In this document: positions 13,006 through 25,654 of the stretch, piece after piece
How the letters are laid out: every line of letters begins with the position of its first letter
How positions within the stretch are numbered: position 1 is the stretch's first letter
NCBI RefSeq assembly: GCF_022045235.1
Contig: NW_027266280.1
Span: 2,108,001-2,172,000, forward strand
Direction: 5' to 3'
Length of the DNA: 64,000 bases
Origin: Haliotis cracherodii
Taxonomy: Eukaryota
Notes under the pieces: model-generated
Database searches by the model: none
What the model was told of the DNA's origin: nothing
What the model saw: the letters and a program-made list of their open reading frames with translations, nothing else
Program-made: the position numbers and the translations under genes

Positions 13006-13627
13006 AGAGCGTGAAAGGGGCAGACATTTTCTACTGCCATGACACCTGTAATCATATCAGTTAAGGATATTGACTGGATTAGCTTGCTATTGTTTGATAA
13101 CTGGTTTAGGGTTGATCTGTGCTTACTGCACCGGGGGACCATCTCCACAGTGAAGTTCATGTTTTCAGGACACACAGTAATATGTCCAATTACTTTGCTT
13201 TCTGCCAAGGGGACCATCTCCACAGTGACATTGCTGTTTTCATGAGGCATTGCAGGCCACATGTAGTATTCATTGGTTCTCTGAGCAGAAACATTTGAAT
13301 GTTCATGTAAATGCTAACTTTTAAGAGCATGATACCTGCTGGAGGTTAGGTGGCTTGGCTAATAGAGCCTTGGCATGTCAACTCTCAAGCCCGGTGAGGT
13401 TTTTACTGAAACTAGTGAAAGTCCAATCTAACCACACTCCCTCACTCACTTTAGGGACTGGTCATTTATTATTGAGTCCGGGGGAGTGAGATTGTACTCA
13501 GGACTGTATCACATTTTGTTGACTCCCCTTTTATGTAACATTCTTCATGCAACCCCCCAATATATGACCCTCCTCCCTATGATAAATTACCAGTACCCAA
13601 ATTTATTTGAAAACTTAGAACTGTCTG

Positions 13628-13689
<62 letters not shown>

Positions 13690-13692
13690 AAT

Positions 13693-13910
13693 ATGTTTAC
13701 TACCCTTGTGTACATAGTAGGCTTCTCACCCCAGTGTAACTACATCTGATATCCGCTCTACTGTATAAACACTGCCTCCTACCTGTATATATACTTGTCA
13801 ACCACACTCTACACATCACTTGCTTGATAACGGTGTAGAAACCTACACCGAAACATTGCTCCTAATTGTAATAAAGAAGTTGTCCATTCACATACCTTTA
13901 CCTTACCCAA
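13693..13910 (+). mobile_element. Penelope-like terminal repeat fragment; copies at 23707-23925 (+) and 23120-23670 (-)
   Basis: Near-identical ~215-bp dispersed repeat with TTGATAA-hairpin-GAAAC motif followed by AATAAA. Confidence 0.55.
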
Positions 13911-14770
13911 CATGTACCGTGTATTGAAAGGGTACAGCTGTAATTTTTAAACAAATTTAGACATTTCTAGTAATTGAAGCACTGCTGCTGTACTCGTTGT
14001 ATTAGAAAGGTATCCGTTATGCTGTGTTGTTTTCACATGATAATAACGGAAGGCAAGCTTGGGTCGGATTTGTTAGAAATATTTTGTTTGCACATGGGTA
14101 TGGATTCCTTCAGTTAAATCAGGGTTGTTGGAAACACGCAAAGAGTGTTTGTTTCTTCAGCTCAATGATTGAAAGATATATCATGTCTAAGAACCATTTT
14201 GACATTATGAACATAATGTTTCTTCGTGCAAAATATTTCCCCATTGTCTGAACTCAATACATTATTTACGATTTTAGCAACAGAATTTACTTAAGCATTT
14301 CTTAAATAACTGACTCTTTGCATTTACCAGATACTGTTCAGGTTGCAACACAACGTAAAACTGTTTGTAAAATGTTAATGTTAGTTTCTGATGTAGATTA
14401 CAAAGCCAAGTTAAAAGAAGGATATCTAAGATGAAGATCATTTTCTCTTGATCTTTCCTTTGTATGACATTCGAGGAGTCAGTATTTTAGCGCTGTGAAA
14501 GGACAATATCAATATTGTCAAAATTTGTGACAACCAACATGCATGGAAACTAGGTGCACTATTATTTTTTGGTATAAGTGTGAGAAACCATTGGATTTTG
14601 AAAAACACCATGAATTGAATTAATAGCATTTGGTGATCATTCATTTTGATAGTAATGCATTAATGTACAAAGGCAGACCTTTCATCGATGTATCGTTGTA
14701 AATTGTTCATGAATTATGGAGGGCATACATTTCTGGAATAAAGTGGCATACATACTTACATAGAACAAAA

Positions 14771-14960
14771 AGGGCGGTCGGGTAGCCTAGTGGTTAAAGC
14801 GTTCGCTCGTCACGCCGAAGACCAGGGTTCGATTCCCAACATGGGTACAATGTTTGAAGCCCATTTCTGGTGTTCCCTGCCGTGATATTGCTGGAATATT
14901 GCTAAAAGCGGCGTATAACCATAAGCACTCACTCACTCACTCACTCACTCACTCACTCAC
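14771..14960 (+). mobile_element. SINE family 1 with TSD
   Basis: Flanked by ACATAGAACAAA direct repeats. Confidence 0.9.
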
Positions 14961-15119
14961 ATAGAACAAAGACTCTCCTGAGCAGTGCTCAGTATATGAA
15001 GTTTAGTCTCAATTCTACCTTTCCAGCTACATTAAGCTGACACGCCGTGATATACTTGAATACTGTTCAAGGTGGCGTTAAACTGAACTCGCTCACTCAC
15101 CAGCTGTGATTTCTTGCAG

Positions 15120-15284
15120 GATCTCAGACCGTGGTGGCGGTATCCCCCCGAAGGTCCTCGCTAAGGTCTGGGACTACAATTTCACCACCTCGGGGGCTGT
15201 GACTGACGACCGCGTGGATGGAGGTCTCTTCGGACAGATCATGAACACTGACAACTCCGGACCTGCACCTGGCAAGATGCATGG
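15120..15284 (+). CDS. BCKDK: BCKDK penultimate exon (GHKL ATP-binding DxGxG box)
   Basis: ISDRGGGIPPKVLAKVWDYNFTT...PGKMHG; acceptor ttcttgcag, donor ATGG|GTAGGT. Confidence 0.93.
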
Positions 15285-16890
15285 GTAGGTACATGACAGA
15301 CCTGCACTGGGGAAGATGGGTAGGTACATCACAGACCTGCACTGGGGAAGATGGGTAGGTACATCACAGACCTGCACTGGGGAAGATGGGTAGGTACATC
15401 ACAGACCTGCACTGGGGAAGATGGTAGGTACATCACAGACCTGCACTGGGGAAGATGGTAGGTACATCACAGACCTGCACTGGGGAAGATGGTAGGTACA
15501 TCACAGACCTGCCCTGGGGAAGATGGATAGGTACACATTATGACAGACCTGCACTGGGGAAGATGGGTAGGTACATCACAGACCTGCACTGGGGAAGATG
15601 GTAGGTACATCACAGACCTGCACTGGGGAAGATGGTAGGTACATCACAGACCTGCACTGGGGAAGATGGTAGGTACATCACAGACCTGCCCTGGGGAAGA
15701 TGGATAGGTACACATTATGACAGACCTGCACTGGGGAAGATGGGTAGGTACATCACAGACCTGCACTGGGAAGATGGTAGGTACATCACAGACCTGCACT
15801 GGGGAAGATGGGTAGGTACATCACAGGCCTGCACTGGGGAAGATGGGTAGGTACATCACAGACCTGCACTGGGGAAGATGGGTAGGTACATCACGGACCT
15901 GCACTGGGGAAGATGGATAGGTACATCATGGACCTGCACTGGGGAAGATGGGTAGGTACATCACAGACCTGCACTGGGGAAGATGGGTAGGTACATCACA
16001 GATCTGCACTGGGGAAGATGGTAGGTACATCACAGACCTGCACTGGGGAAGATGGATAGGTACATCACAGACCTGCACTGGGGAAGATGGGTAGGTACAT
16101 CACAGACCTGCACTGGGGAAGATGGATAGGTACATCACAGACCTGCACTGGGGAAGATGGGTAGGTACATCACAGACCTGCACTGGGGAAGATGGGTAGG
16201 TACATCACAGACCTGCACTGGGGAAGATGGGTAGGTACATCACAGACCTGCACTGGGGAAGATGGGTAGGTACATCACAGACCTGTACTGGGGAAGATGG
16301 GTAGGTACATCACAGATCTGCACTGGGGAAGATGGGTAGGTACATCACAGACCTGCACTGGGGAAGATGGTAGGTACATCACAGACCTGCAGTGGGGAAG
16401 ATGGGTAGGTACATCACAGAACTGCACTGGGGAAGATGGGTAGGTACACATTATGACAGACCTGCACTGGGGAAGAGGATAGGTACGTCTCAGACCTGCC
16501 CTGGGGAAGATGGATAGGTACACATTATGACAGACCTGCACTGGGGAAGATGGGTAGGTACATCACAGACCTGCACTTGGGAAGATGGTAGGTACATCAC
16601 AGACCTGCACTGGGGAAGATGGGTAGGTACATCACAGACCTGCACTTGGGAAGATGGTAGGTACATCACAGACCTGCACTGGGGAAGATGGTAGGTACAT
16701 CACAGACCTGCACTGGGGAAGATGGTAGGTACATCACAGACCTGCACTGGGGAAGATGGGTAGGTACATCACGGACCTGCACTTGGGAAAATGGGTAGGT
16801 ACATCACGGACCTGCACTGGGGAAGATGGGTAGGTACACATTAAGATAGACCTGCACCGGGGAAGATGGTAGGTACACTTTATGACAGAC
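15260..16890. repeat. 35-bp minisatellite (~45 copies) derived from the BCKDK exon/donor junction
   Basis: Unit GACCTGCACTGGGGAAGATGGGTAGGTACATCACA. Confidence 0.95.
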
Positions 16891-17053
16891 CTCGTTCAGT
16901 TTTCAGCTTATGGGGGATGAGAGTGACGTAAAACCTCACTCACTCACTCACTCACTCACTCACTCACTCACTCACTCATTATCTAAATAATATAGCAAAG
17001 AGGAGGCATCATATCGTCACCATAACGCAGCTAACAAAATGGTGGTGTTTCAG

Positions 17054-17198
17054 GTACGGCTTCGGCCTACCCACAGCCCGGGCTTATGCTGAGTATCTTG
17101 GAGGCCGCCTCACCCTGGAAACACTGGAGGGCATCGGCACGGATCTCTACCTGCGCCTCGCACACATGGACAGCAAGTCCGACAAGTTCCGAATCTAA
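17054..17198 (+). CDS. BCKDK: BCKDK last coding exon
   Basis: [47 protein letters not shown], closely resembling the BCKDK C-terminus; acceptor tttcag; TAA 17196-17198. Confidence 0.93.
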
Positions 17199-19534
17199 AC
17201 AGTCAGCTTGGATGCCAACTTGACGATCGTGGGGTGGAAACTGTTGGCCACTGTCAGTTGATCATCGATTGTGGTCCTGGACACACTCCAGGATTTCAAG
17301 ACTTCCCACTGTCCCAGCATTGTAACTTCATTTACGCCGGTACACTTGTACCAAATTTGACGTATTTGTGCCCCGACACTTGAACGTTGTTTTGGGAGGT
17401 TTTTGTCTGACTTTGCAATTTGTTTGTACGGTGATTGAAGATTTAATGTTTGACGCAAAGAACAATATATAACATGGTTGGTAGGGTAGCCTACTTGTTA
17501 AACCGGTCACTTGTCTCGGGTTCGATTCCCATATTGGTAAATTGTATGAAGCCAATTTCTGGAGTCCCTTTCCGTGATATTGCTGGAATATTGCTAAAAG
17601 CAGTATTAGCCTATACTTACTCACTCGCTCACTAAACACTATAAACATTGTTTAGAGGGACAGGGCACGGATACTGTTGAGTACATACTCAGTTATAGAT
17701 CATACATGAATCTCATTTAAAGCTTATCTTGAATCGGAGGACACATTGTAGACTGTTTGTACGGAAGACAATGATTTGTGTTTCTGTGTAGTTCGGTCAT
17801 AAATTTTTGGGGTAGATGGTCGGCCATACCTTGTTACCTCCCTTTGATGTTTGGGATGCAATGCTATGGTGATTAATAGGGGATTGGATGTATATTGTTT
17901 ATTGTTTCTGCCAGTATAGGAGAGGCAGGGAATTCCTATGGATGTTGTCCTTGTTTATATTTGTTGCCATGGTTGCCCTTATCGCCATGGTAACACCCAC
18001 TGTAGTAAAATTTGTCACCATCAGTCTCATCATTCGTAAATTCATATGAAATATATTTGATGGTCGTATATGAGCTACACTGATGTGAATGTAGAATATG
18101 TTGGACATGTGGACTCATTTGTAGATCTCACGACGTTTTTTGTCAGTATGTAGTTTAAGTTGGTTATTCCGGTTTGAGGAATGTACTCAATCGTGTGTGC
18201 CATTCTGGTACAACGTATCTGAAGGTCTCTGAACTCAGACAGAAATTAAGTTTGAGGATGCACTTCTTGTGTCATGTTTTGAGTCATATTTAGCAGATTG
18301 TTATGTTTGTATTTTAGTCTGGGATGTACTTTCCTCCCTGTGTGTCCTGCATCATGTCTGTGGATGGTGTGGTATTTCACCGTATGGCATTGTCAGTTGC
18401 TAACAGATTGAACCAACCACAGCTAGTTGTCGACCTGCACCATTTGTGATCAAGCACGACTGAACATCATATCAAGTTTGTCTGTGATTGAGCCAAGTCA
18501 CATTAAAGACAGCTTTGTTCACATATCACTTGATCAAAGTTAGAGGTTTTCTATTTGTCTCAAACCATCCTCTGTTATCTAGTGTAGTGTTCTGTTGTGA
18601 TAACTACCCTGTACCGACTCACCACCAAAGCTTCGTTTTGGAAATCACGTCACTATATGACGTTCTCATTCAGCCCAGACTTTATTTTGTACATGAGTGT
18701 AAATTGATTTGATGGCTATTTGAGTGTCACAAGATGTCATTGTATCCCAATTGCGTGGATTGATACTCATGATGTCAATCACTTGATTGTCTGGTCCAGA
18801 CTCGATTATGTACAGACAGCCGTCATATAGCTGAAATATTGTTGAGAGCGGCATTAAACAACAAACAAACACAAGATGTAAATGGGTCTGGGAAAAGAAA
18901 TACAATACATGGGATAATTGAAGATGGTTGCAAATGTTACAAGTTGAATCAGCTGTGCTTTGAGTCGTCTGTTAACGCTATTGCTTAATTGATAATTGTT
19001 GTTGAATATTCCTGACACAATCTTACAGCATGCTGGTTTGGTCTGTTGGATGACGTTGTCCAAGGTTTTCCCATATTGGGGGACTTGTTTCCGCCTGATG
19101 CTAGTGCTATTGTCTTTGTTTTGTTTGTCTTATTATTCTCCACCATCGATATAGATGGCACCACACACACACACACACATTGTTTAGCTCCTGATGGCAG
19201 ATGGTATTGATCTGCTTCCTTTATTGTATTCTGTCTATTGTATCTGGCACATTGCGATGTAACAGTTTGAAATGAATCAGATTTTAATCTGGTTATGTGC
19301 CTCAGTTTTCATTCAGAATGTATTTTCAACATGTTTCAATATAGAAAACTATTTTTGTTGTATCAAGATCAATTACTCTCCCGCACTGTACAATATAATC
19401 TTTAATGGCTTTTTAGCATGGGGAACTATTTAGCATGGATAGATGCACATACACATTAGTTATGGAACTACTTTTATCACTGGAATATGTTATGCGGGTT
19501 ACAATGCTGCTATCCTCAAGCAGACTCCCATCAT

Positions 19535-20435
19535 TCCTACGCCTGGACTAGCCATACAGAGGCAAGAATCTCGACCTACGCCTGGACTAGCCATACAGAG
19601 GCAAGAATCTCGACCTACGCCTGGACTAGCCATACAGAGGCAAGTATCTCGACCTACTCCTGGACTAGCCATACAGAGGCAAGTATCTCTACTTACCCCT
19701 GGACTAGCCATACAGAGGCAAGAATCTCGACCTACTCCTGGACTGGCCATACAGAGGCAAGTATCTCTACCTACGCCTGGACTAGCCATACAGAGGCAAG
19801 TATCTCTACCTACGCCTGGACTAGCCATACAGAGGCAAGAATCTCGACCTACTCCTGGACTGGCCATACAGAGGCAAGAATCTCGACCTACCCCTGGACT
19901 AGCTGTACAGAGGCAAGAATCTCCACTTAATCCTGGACTAGCTACACAGAGGCAAGAATCTCCACTTAATCCTGGACTAGCCGTACAGAGGCAAGAATCT
20001 CTACCTACTCCTGGACTAGCCGTACAGAGGCAAGAATCTCCACTTACTCCTGGACTAGCCATACAGAGGCAAGAATCTCCACTTAATCCCGGACTAGCCG
20101 TACAGAGGCAAGAATCTCGACCTACTCCTGGACTAGCCATACAGAGGCAAGAATCACGACCTACTCCTGGACTAGTCGTACAGAGGCAAGAATCTCTACC
20201 TACTCCTGGACTAGCCATACAGAGGCAAGAATCTACACTTAATCCCGGACTAGCCATACAGAGGCAAGAATCTCGACCTACTCCAGGACTAGCCATACAT
20301 TCAGAAATCTCGACTTACTCCCGGACAAGCCACACAGAGGCAAGAATCACGACCTACTCCAGGACTATCACGACCTACTCCAGGACTATCACGACCTACT
20401 CCAGGACTAGCCATACAGAGGCAAGAATCTCAACA
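19535..20435. repeat. 39-bp minisatellite, ~22 copies
   Basis: Unit CCTGGACTAGCCATACAGAGGCAAGAATCTCGACCTACT. Confidence 0.95.
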
Positions 20436-20439
20436 CCAG

Positions 20440-20660
20440 TGGAAGAGTTGCGTCCCTTTGGTACGCCAGAAACCTATGACTGTCCTGTTTCGCCTCAATT
20501 ATGTTTCTAGGTTTGTCCTCACCATACCCATGCTCATGGGTATCACCAAAGTGGTAAACGTCTGAGATCTGCATTACTTCGGGCTTTCCTCCCACATCAA
20601 GCTGACACGCCTGGATATAACTGGAACAGTGTTGAGAACAGTGTGAAACCCAACTATCTC
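20440..20660 (+). mobile_element. SINE-like family 3
   Basis: Reverse complement of the copies at 23193-23449, 23462-23615, 24620-24855 and 50885-51070. Confidence 0.75.
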
Positions 20661-21960
20661 ATGCTAGGAGGTGTCATGTAATGATAAGTGAAGCTGCATG
20701 TCCGTCTCACTCACACTGACTACTGTGTGTTGGACTCACGGACAAATGCAAATGTGTTTTCTTAGTGTCTTGGTAATGGATGCCAGTCCTGATGCCAACT
20801 TCCAGTACTTTGTTGCACAATTCTTTCTTCAGACCTATCCACGGGTGATGTCTTCGTGTAAAGTACCCAGGAGTACAGGCCAGGACCAGGTTGCCAGTCC
20901 GGGGTCATTTCCAGGAGTATTTGAAAACTATTGAGAAGGGAAAATGGTAGATTGTGACAATGGCTTGAAAAGAAATCACAACTCTCCTTATATTTTGTAA
21001 TGTATCAAAACCAAAGAGTAAATACTGGGCATTCAGCGGAGTATCAGTCATTTTGTACTGTGTCTAATATTGTTACTTTAGTTACTGATCAAAATTGTCA
21101 GGATAAACAATCAAAAAAATTTGGGAAGGTTGTCAATATAATGTTGTGTGGTCTTTGTCATCATGGCTTCTAGTCATTATTAAGTGCTGCTCAGAAAGCT
21201 GCTTGGCTGAGCAATACTATATAACAGGTTAGCAAAAGCCAGTTTCCCTGCTGTGGAGTTATGAATTAACATGAGAACCTTATTACAAAGTATTTCGATT
21301 TTGGGTCTTAGTAGACTACTGACCAGGGGGGGTAACTCTCAGTATCACTGGTCAGGGGAGATAACTGTGCAGCACCACATTAATGAAATGATTGTTTTTT
21401 CCTGTACATATACATGTTTGTGGCAATACAGGTTGGTCTTTTACATCATGAGTGTTCATGTATATACACCGTAAGCAACTGCTGTGTACATAAACATAAC
21501 ACTTTCCAGGATATTTTATAGGTGTGGTTTGATACATATATATATATTTACAAAGGTGTGGATGTGGATTACTGATTCACTACATAATGAATCTCAGAAT
21601 AGTCTGTGTTTTGTAGCGAGCAAGTTGGGATGCTTTGTGAAAGCATCAACTAAACTTTTATTTTCATTATTGCTTGGATTTGCAGTTGCTTATTAGTAGT
21701 AAAAATTGATGTCAACTTTGAGTTGTCTGTTATTTCCCATGTAAATTGAACTTTCAAGCTGCTGTCATGCATCATGCCACACTCAGCAATATTCCAGCTA
21801 TATGACTACACAATTGGGATATGATGACATGCATCATCAAAGTCAGCGAACCTGACCACTCGATCCCGGTAGTCGCCTCTTACAATAACAAGTGGATCCT
21901 GGCACTGCTAAATACCCTCTGAAAGCAGTTTCTGGTGATGAATTCTGTCAATCTCATTAA

Positions 21961-22435
21961 AATCAGACCTTAGTTCTCGCTAAACAAACATCTGAGGACA
22001 TCCCATTACGAGTCATGTCAGAACGACCTTTCATCCAACCAATCAGAGCTTACCAGATCATGAAAGTGACAGACGGAATGTGTTTTCTAATCATGCAAAC
22101 TCGAAATATTTAACTCGGGGTATTCCGAATGACAGTTACAGGTTTTATGATTATGTCCATACAAACTAGGCCATCTATAAGCCATTCCAGAATGTTCTTT
22201 TTATCAGTTTCAATTTTTTAAATTGAGAATACATCAAATTATGTTTCGAAGCGTAGTCGCCAGTTTGAAACTAGTGTCATAAGCTCGAGAAAAGTGCCTT
22301 CTGATTGGCTCATGTCGATTTCATTGTCAGTCATTTCATTGGTTGGTCAAAATTCGCCAAAGGTCGTTCTGACGTGACCCGTAATGGGATGTCCTCAGAT
22401 CTTTGTTTAGCGGTAGCGAAAACTAAGATCTGATT
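21961..22435. mobile_element. MITE with ~70-bp TIRs
   Basis: AATCAGACCTTAGTT..CTGAGGACATCCCATTACG..AGAACGACCTT inverted at 22359-22435. Confidence 0.85.
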
Positions 22436-23192
22436 GTAATGAGATTGGAATTCTGTCAGCAGTGTATAAGGGATGAGACCCTCACTAGAAGAACAAATTC
22501 GAAAAACCAGGTTCGTCTGCCCTTGCCTGAATATGGCCCCTTGTGAAGAGGAAGAATCACCGTTCAAAGTTGAATCCTAACTGCAGATGTCCATGCCGAA
22601 CTAAAAGGACCACAATGTCATATGATGAATGTAACTTTAATGATTGACGATATACATGAGTTCAGTTATAGCGATGCATTCACTAAGAAACGATTCTGAC
22701 ATACCTTAAAAATTCACATCGAACGGAACAATCTACTTAACTGTCAAAGATATCCCTAACACAAGATACAAACAGATGACCAACTGCACACATAGGTCGT
22801 CGTCATCATCACTGCTTTGTTCTTGTCCTGACAGCATCAATTTTCCACACCTGTACATGAATCAAATGAACACATACAACAAACATTTGCTGCTACCTAT
22901 AAAATCTGAAAACTTATGAAGAGGAAAATGTCCTGTACAGTGGATACATGTATTAGTGTTTAAGGAAATTATTTTTTCTACAGCCACGGATGGAGGTCAC
23001 AAGCACCTATCACATTATGGCCGAGAAATTCCGCACATGACATTATTTTTTAAGTCACTCTAATTGTCTCCATGGTGATACAACTAAACAACAGTATTAA
23101 GTAAGGATCACATTTAAGGGTGAACAACTTCTTTACTACAATTAGGAGCAACGTTAAATGCAGGTTCTAACACCGTTAGTTACACTGGAGTG

Positions 23193-23615
23193 GTGAGTGA
23201 GTGAGTGAGCGATTTGGGTTTAACGCCGCTTTTAACAATATTCCAGTTAAATCGTGGCGTGTCAGCTTAATGTGGGAGGAAAGCCCTAAGTGATGCAGGT
23301 CTCAGAAACCCACGAGCACGGGTATGGTGCTGACCAACCTAGAAACACTATCGGGGTGAACCCACTATCATAGGTTTCTGGCGTGCCCAAGGGACGCAAC
23401 TCTGCACAGCGCATCGCTGTGCCTTAGACGACTGGGCCACCCATGCCCCAACTGGAGTGGAGAGTGAGTGAGTGAATTGGGTTTAACGCCGCTTTTAACA
23501 TTATTCCAGTTATATCACGGCGTGTCAGCTTAATGTGGGAGGAAAGCCTGAAGTGATGCAGGTCTCAGACGTTTACCACTTCGGTGAAACCCACGAGCAC
23601 GGGTATGGTGCAGAC
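23193..23615 (-). mobile_element. Two tandem SINE family 3 copies inserted in a Penelope-like fragment
   Basis: Separated and flanked by three ACTGGAGTGG direct repeats. Confidence 0.8.
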
Positions 23616-25654
23616 AAAACTGGAGTGGGTAAGTCTGTTAAGTACACAAAAGGGTAGTAAATTAAACATATTGACCGGCGAAGTCAGTAATAACAAGGGT
23701 TCACAGTGTTTACTACCCTTGTGTACATAGTAGGCTTCTCACCCCAGTGTAACTACATCTGATATCCACTCTACTGTATAAACACTGCCTCCTACCTGTA
23801 TATATACTTGTCAACCACACTCTGTACATCACTTGCTTGATAACAGTGTTAGAACCTACACCGAAACATAGCTCCTAATTGTAATAAAGGAGTTGTTCAT
23901 CCATATATGTTATCCTTACTCCAACTTCTAAATGCCTCTCCAAGAAGTCAAACTACAGTATCTCGACTTGGTGCAGATAATGTTAGTAGTAAACTGAACA
24001 AAAAGGTAAAGGATCATGAATATTTTGGGATATTTTAATAAAATTATGTGCCGTCTTTCTTTGTACAAAAAAATATCCCCAAAATATTCATGATCTTGTA
24101 ACTTGTTTTGTTCAGTACTGATCCAAGACGTTTGCATATTTCGATATTTAGGCATATGGCGAATATATAAATTAAATGTTACTATTCCGTTATTTTTATG
24201 ACAATCTATAAAAATAAGGTTCATTGTGACTTGTTAGCATTGAATTACACTAACAACCTCTTTCTAAACAATTGAAATAAGAGTTCACTGAAGGGATGAA
24301 TTCTGTTCATTCGTCAATTCCAGTTTTTGGATCATGAATATTTTTGGATATGTTTTGTAACGAAGACTCTTCACACAATTTTATTAGAATATCCCAAAAA
24401 ATATTTATAATCCCTAGGTTTTTTTGTTGCACATATTTTTTTCTATTATTGATGACAGTCCTGTCCAGAAGCTATAGACTATGTACAAAACAAAAAAATC
24501 CCAACAGCCTATAAGGTGCATCATCAGATGGCAGAGTCTTTTCTATGGCCTGTTTCTGTACATCTATATAATAAACGAAATATCCCACCTGCTCGCTGTT
24601 GAAGAAATCGTTCAAGGATTGAGTGAGCGATTTGGGTTTAACGCTGATTAGTAATGTCATATCATGTCACCTTAATGTGTGAGGAAAGCCTGAAGTGATG
24701 CAGGTCTCAGACGGTTTCCACTCTGGTAAAACCCACCAGCACAGGTGCTGACAAACCAAGAAACATAATCGGGGCGAACCGGGATTCGAACCTATCATGC
24801 CATGCCATGTGACGCAACTCTGCACAGTGGTATGCAGCCTTCGACGACAGGGCTGTGTTTGTTTGTTTGTTTGTTGATTAACGCCGCACTCAGCAATATT
24901 TCAGCTTAATGACGGCGGTTATGAGGTATGTTTAAAGGAATGAGACATTTAATTGAATGTTTTCCAATGAATCTATATTTAGCAAATAACCCTGCTGGGC
25001 TTACCCTTTTCTTTGAAGCCCACAATAAAAGCAAAATTTGCAGATCTGACCTTGCACCTTAAACGAACATCATGCCGTCTAAAGTGCTCTGCGATGTGTC
25101 ACCATGCTGCCCCATGTTTATGATAATATAAACAATAAATAAGAGTGATAACCGATATGGAAAAAAAAGACCCGAATAAATACTTCAGCCCAGACATTGA
25201 GTTAAACATGCTGGTCAACAATTTTGTGATATACCGGTACCCGTTCTGCTAACTGTGGTGGTACACAGTTTCGAAAATGTAACTCAGTATGGCGGTGAGG
25301 TAGTCTAGTGGTTAAAATGTTAGCTTGTCACGCTGAAGGTCTGGGTTCAAGTCCCCACATGGGTACAGGGTGTGAAGCACATTACTGCTGTTCTTTGCAA
25401 TAATATTGGTAAAATTAGTGCAAAGCTTACTTACTGTACAAAATGCAATGATGCAAGCGAATGGGTTTTATGCTGCTTTTAGCAATATTCCAGCCATACC
25501 AGAGGACACCAAGAATGGGCTTCACACCTAAGGGAAGAATCAAACCCAGTCTTCAGTGAACCACTCGGCTAGCCCGTATTCCCCCAACTCTCTATGTCAC
25601 TGTTGGTCTGCTTCATCTATTTTTTCTTCTGGCTCGTTGTTTTCAAGACATGAG

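Noticed and set aside
10767-13262. Long ORFs up to 523 aa
   Set aside because: Translations of 52/39-bp tandem repeats, open in several frames and on both strands
15120-17198. Assignment as pyruvate dehydrogenase kinase
   Set aside because: Motifs [24 protein letters not shown] and terminal FRI match BCKDK rather than PDK
19443-20510. 355-aa ORF with PTPGLAIQRQESR repeats
   Set aside because: 39-bp minisatellite open in multiple frames; ends inside a SINE-3
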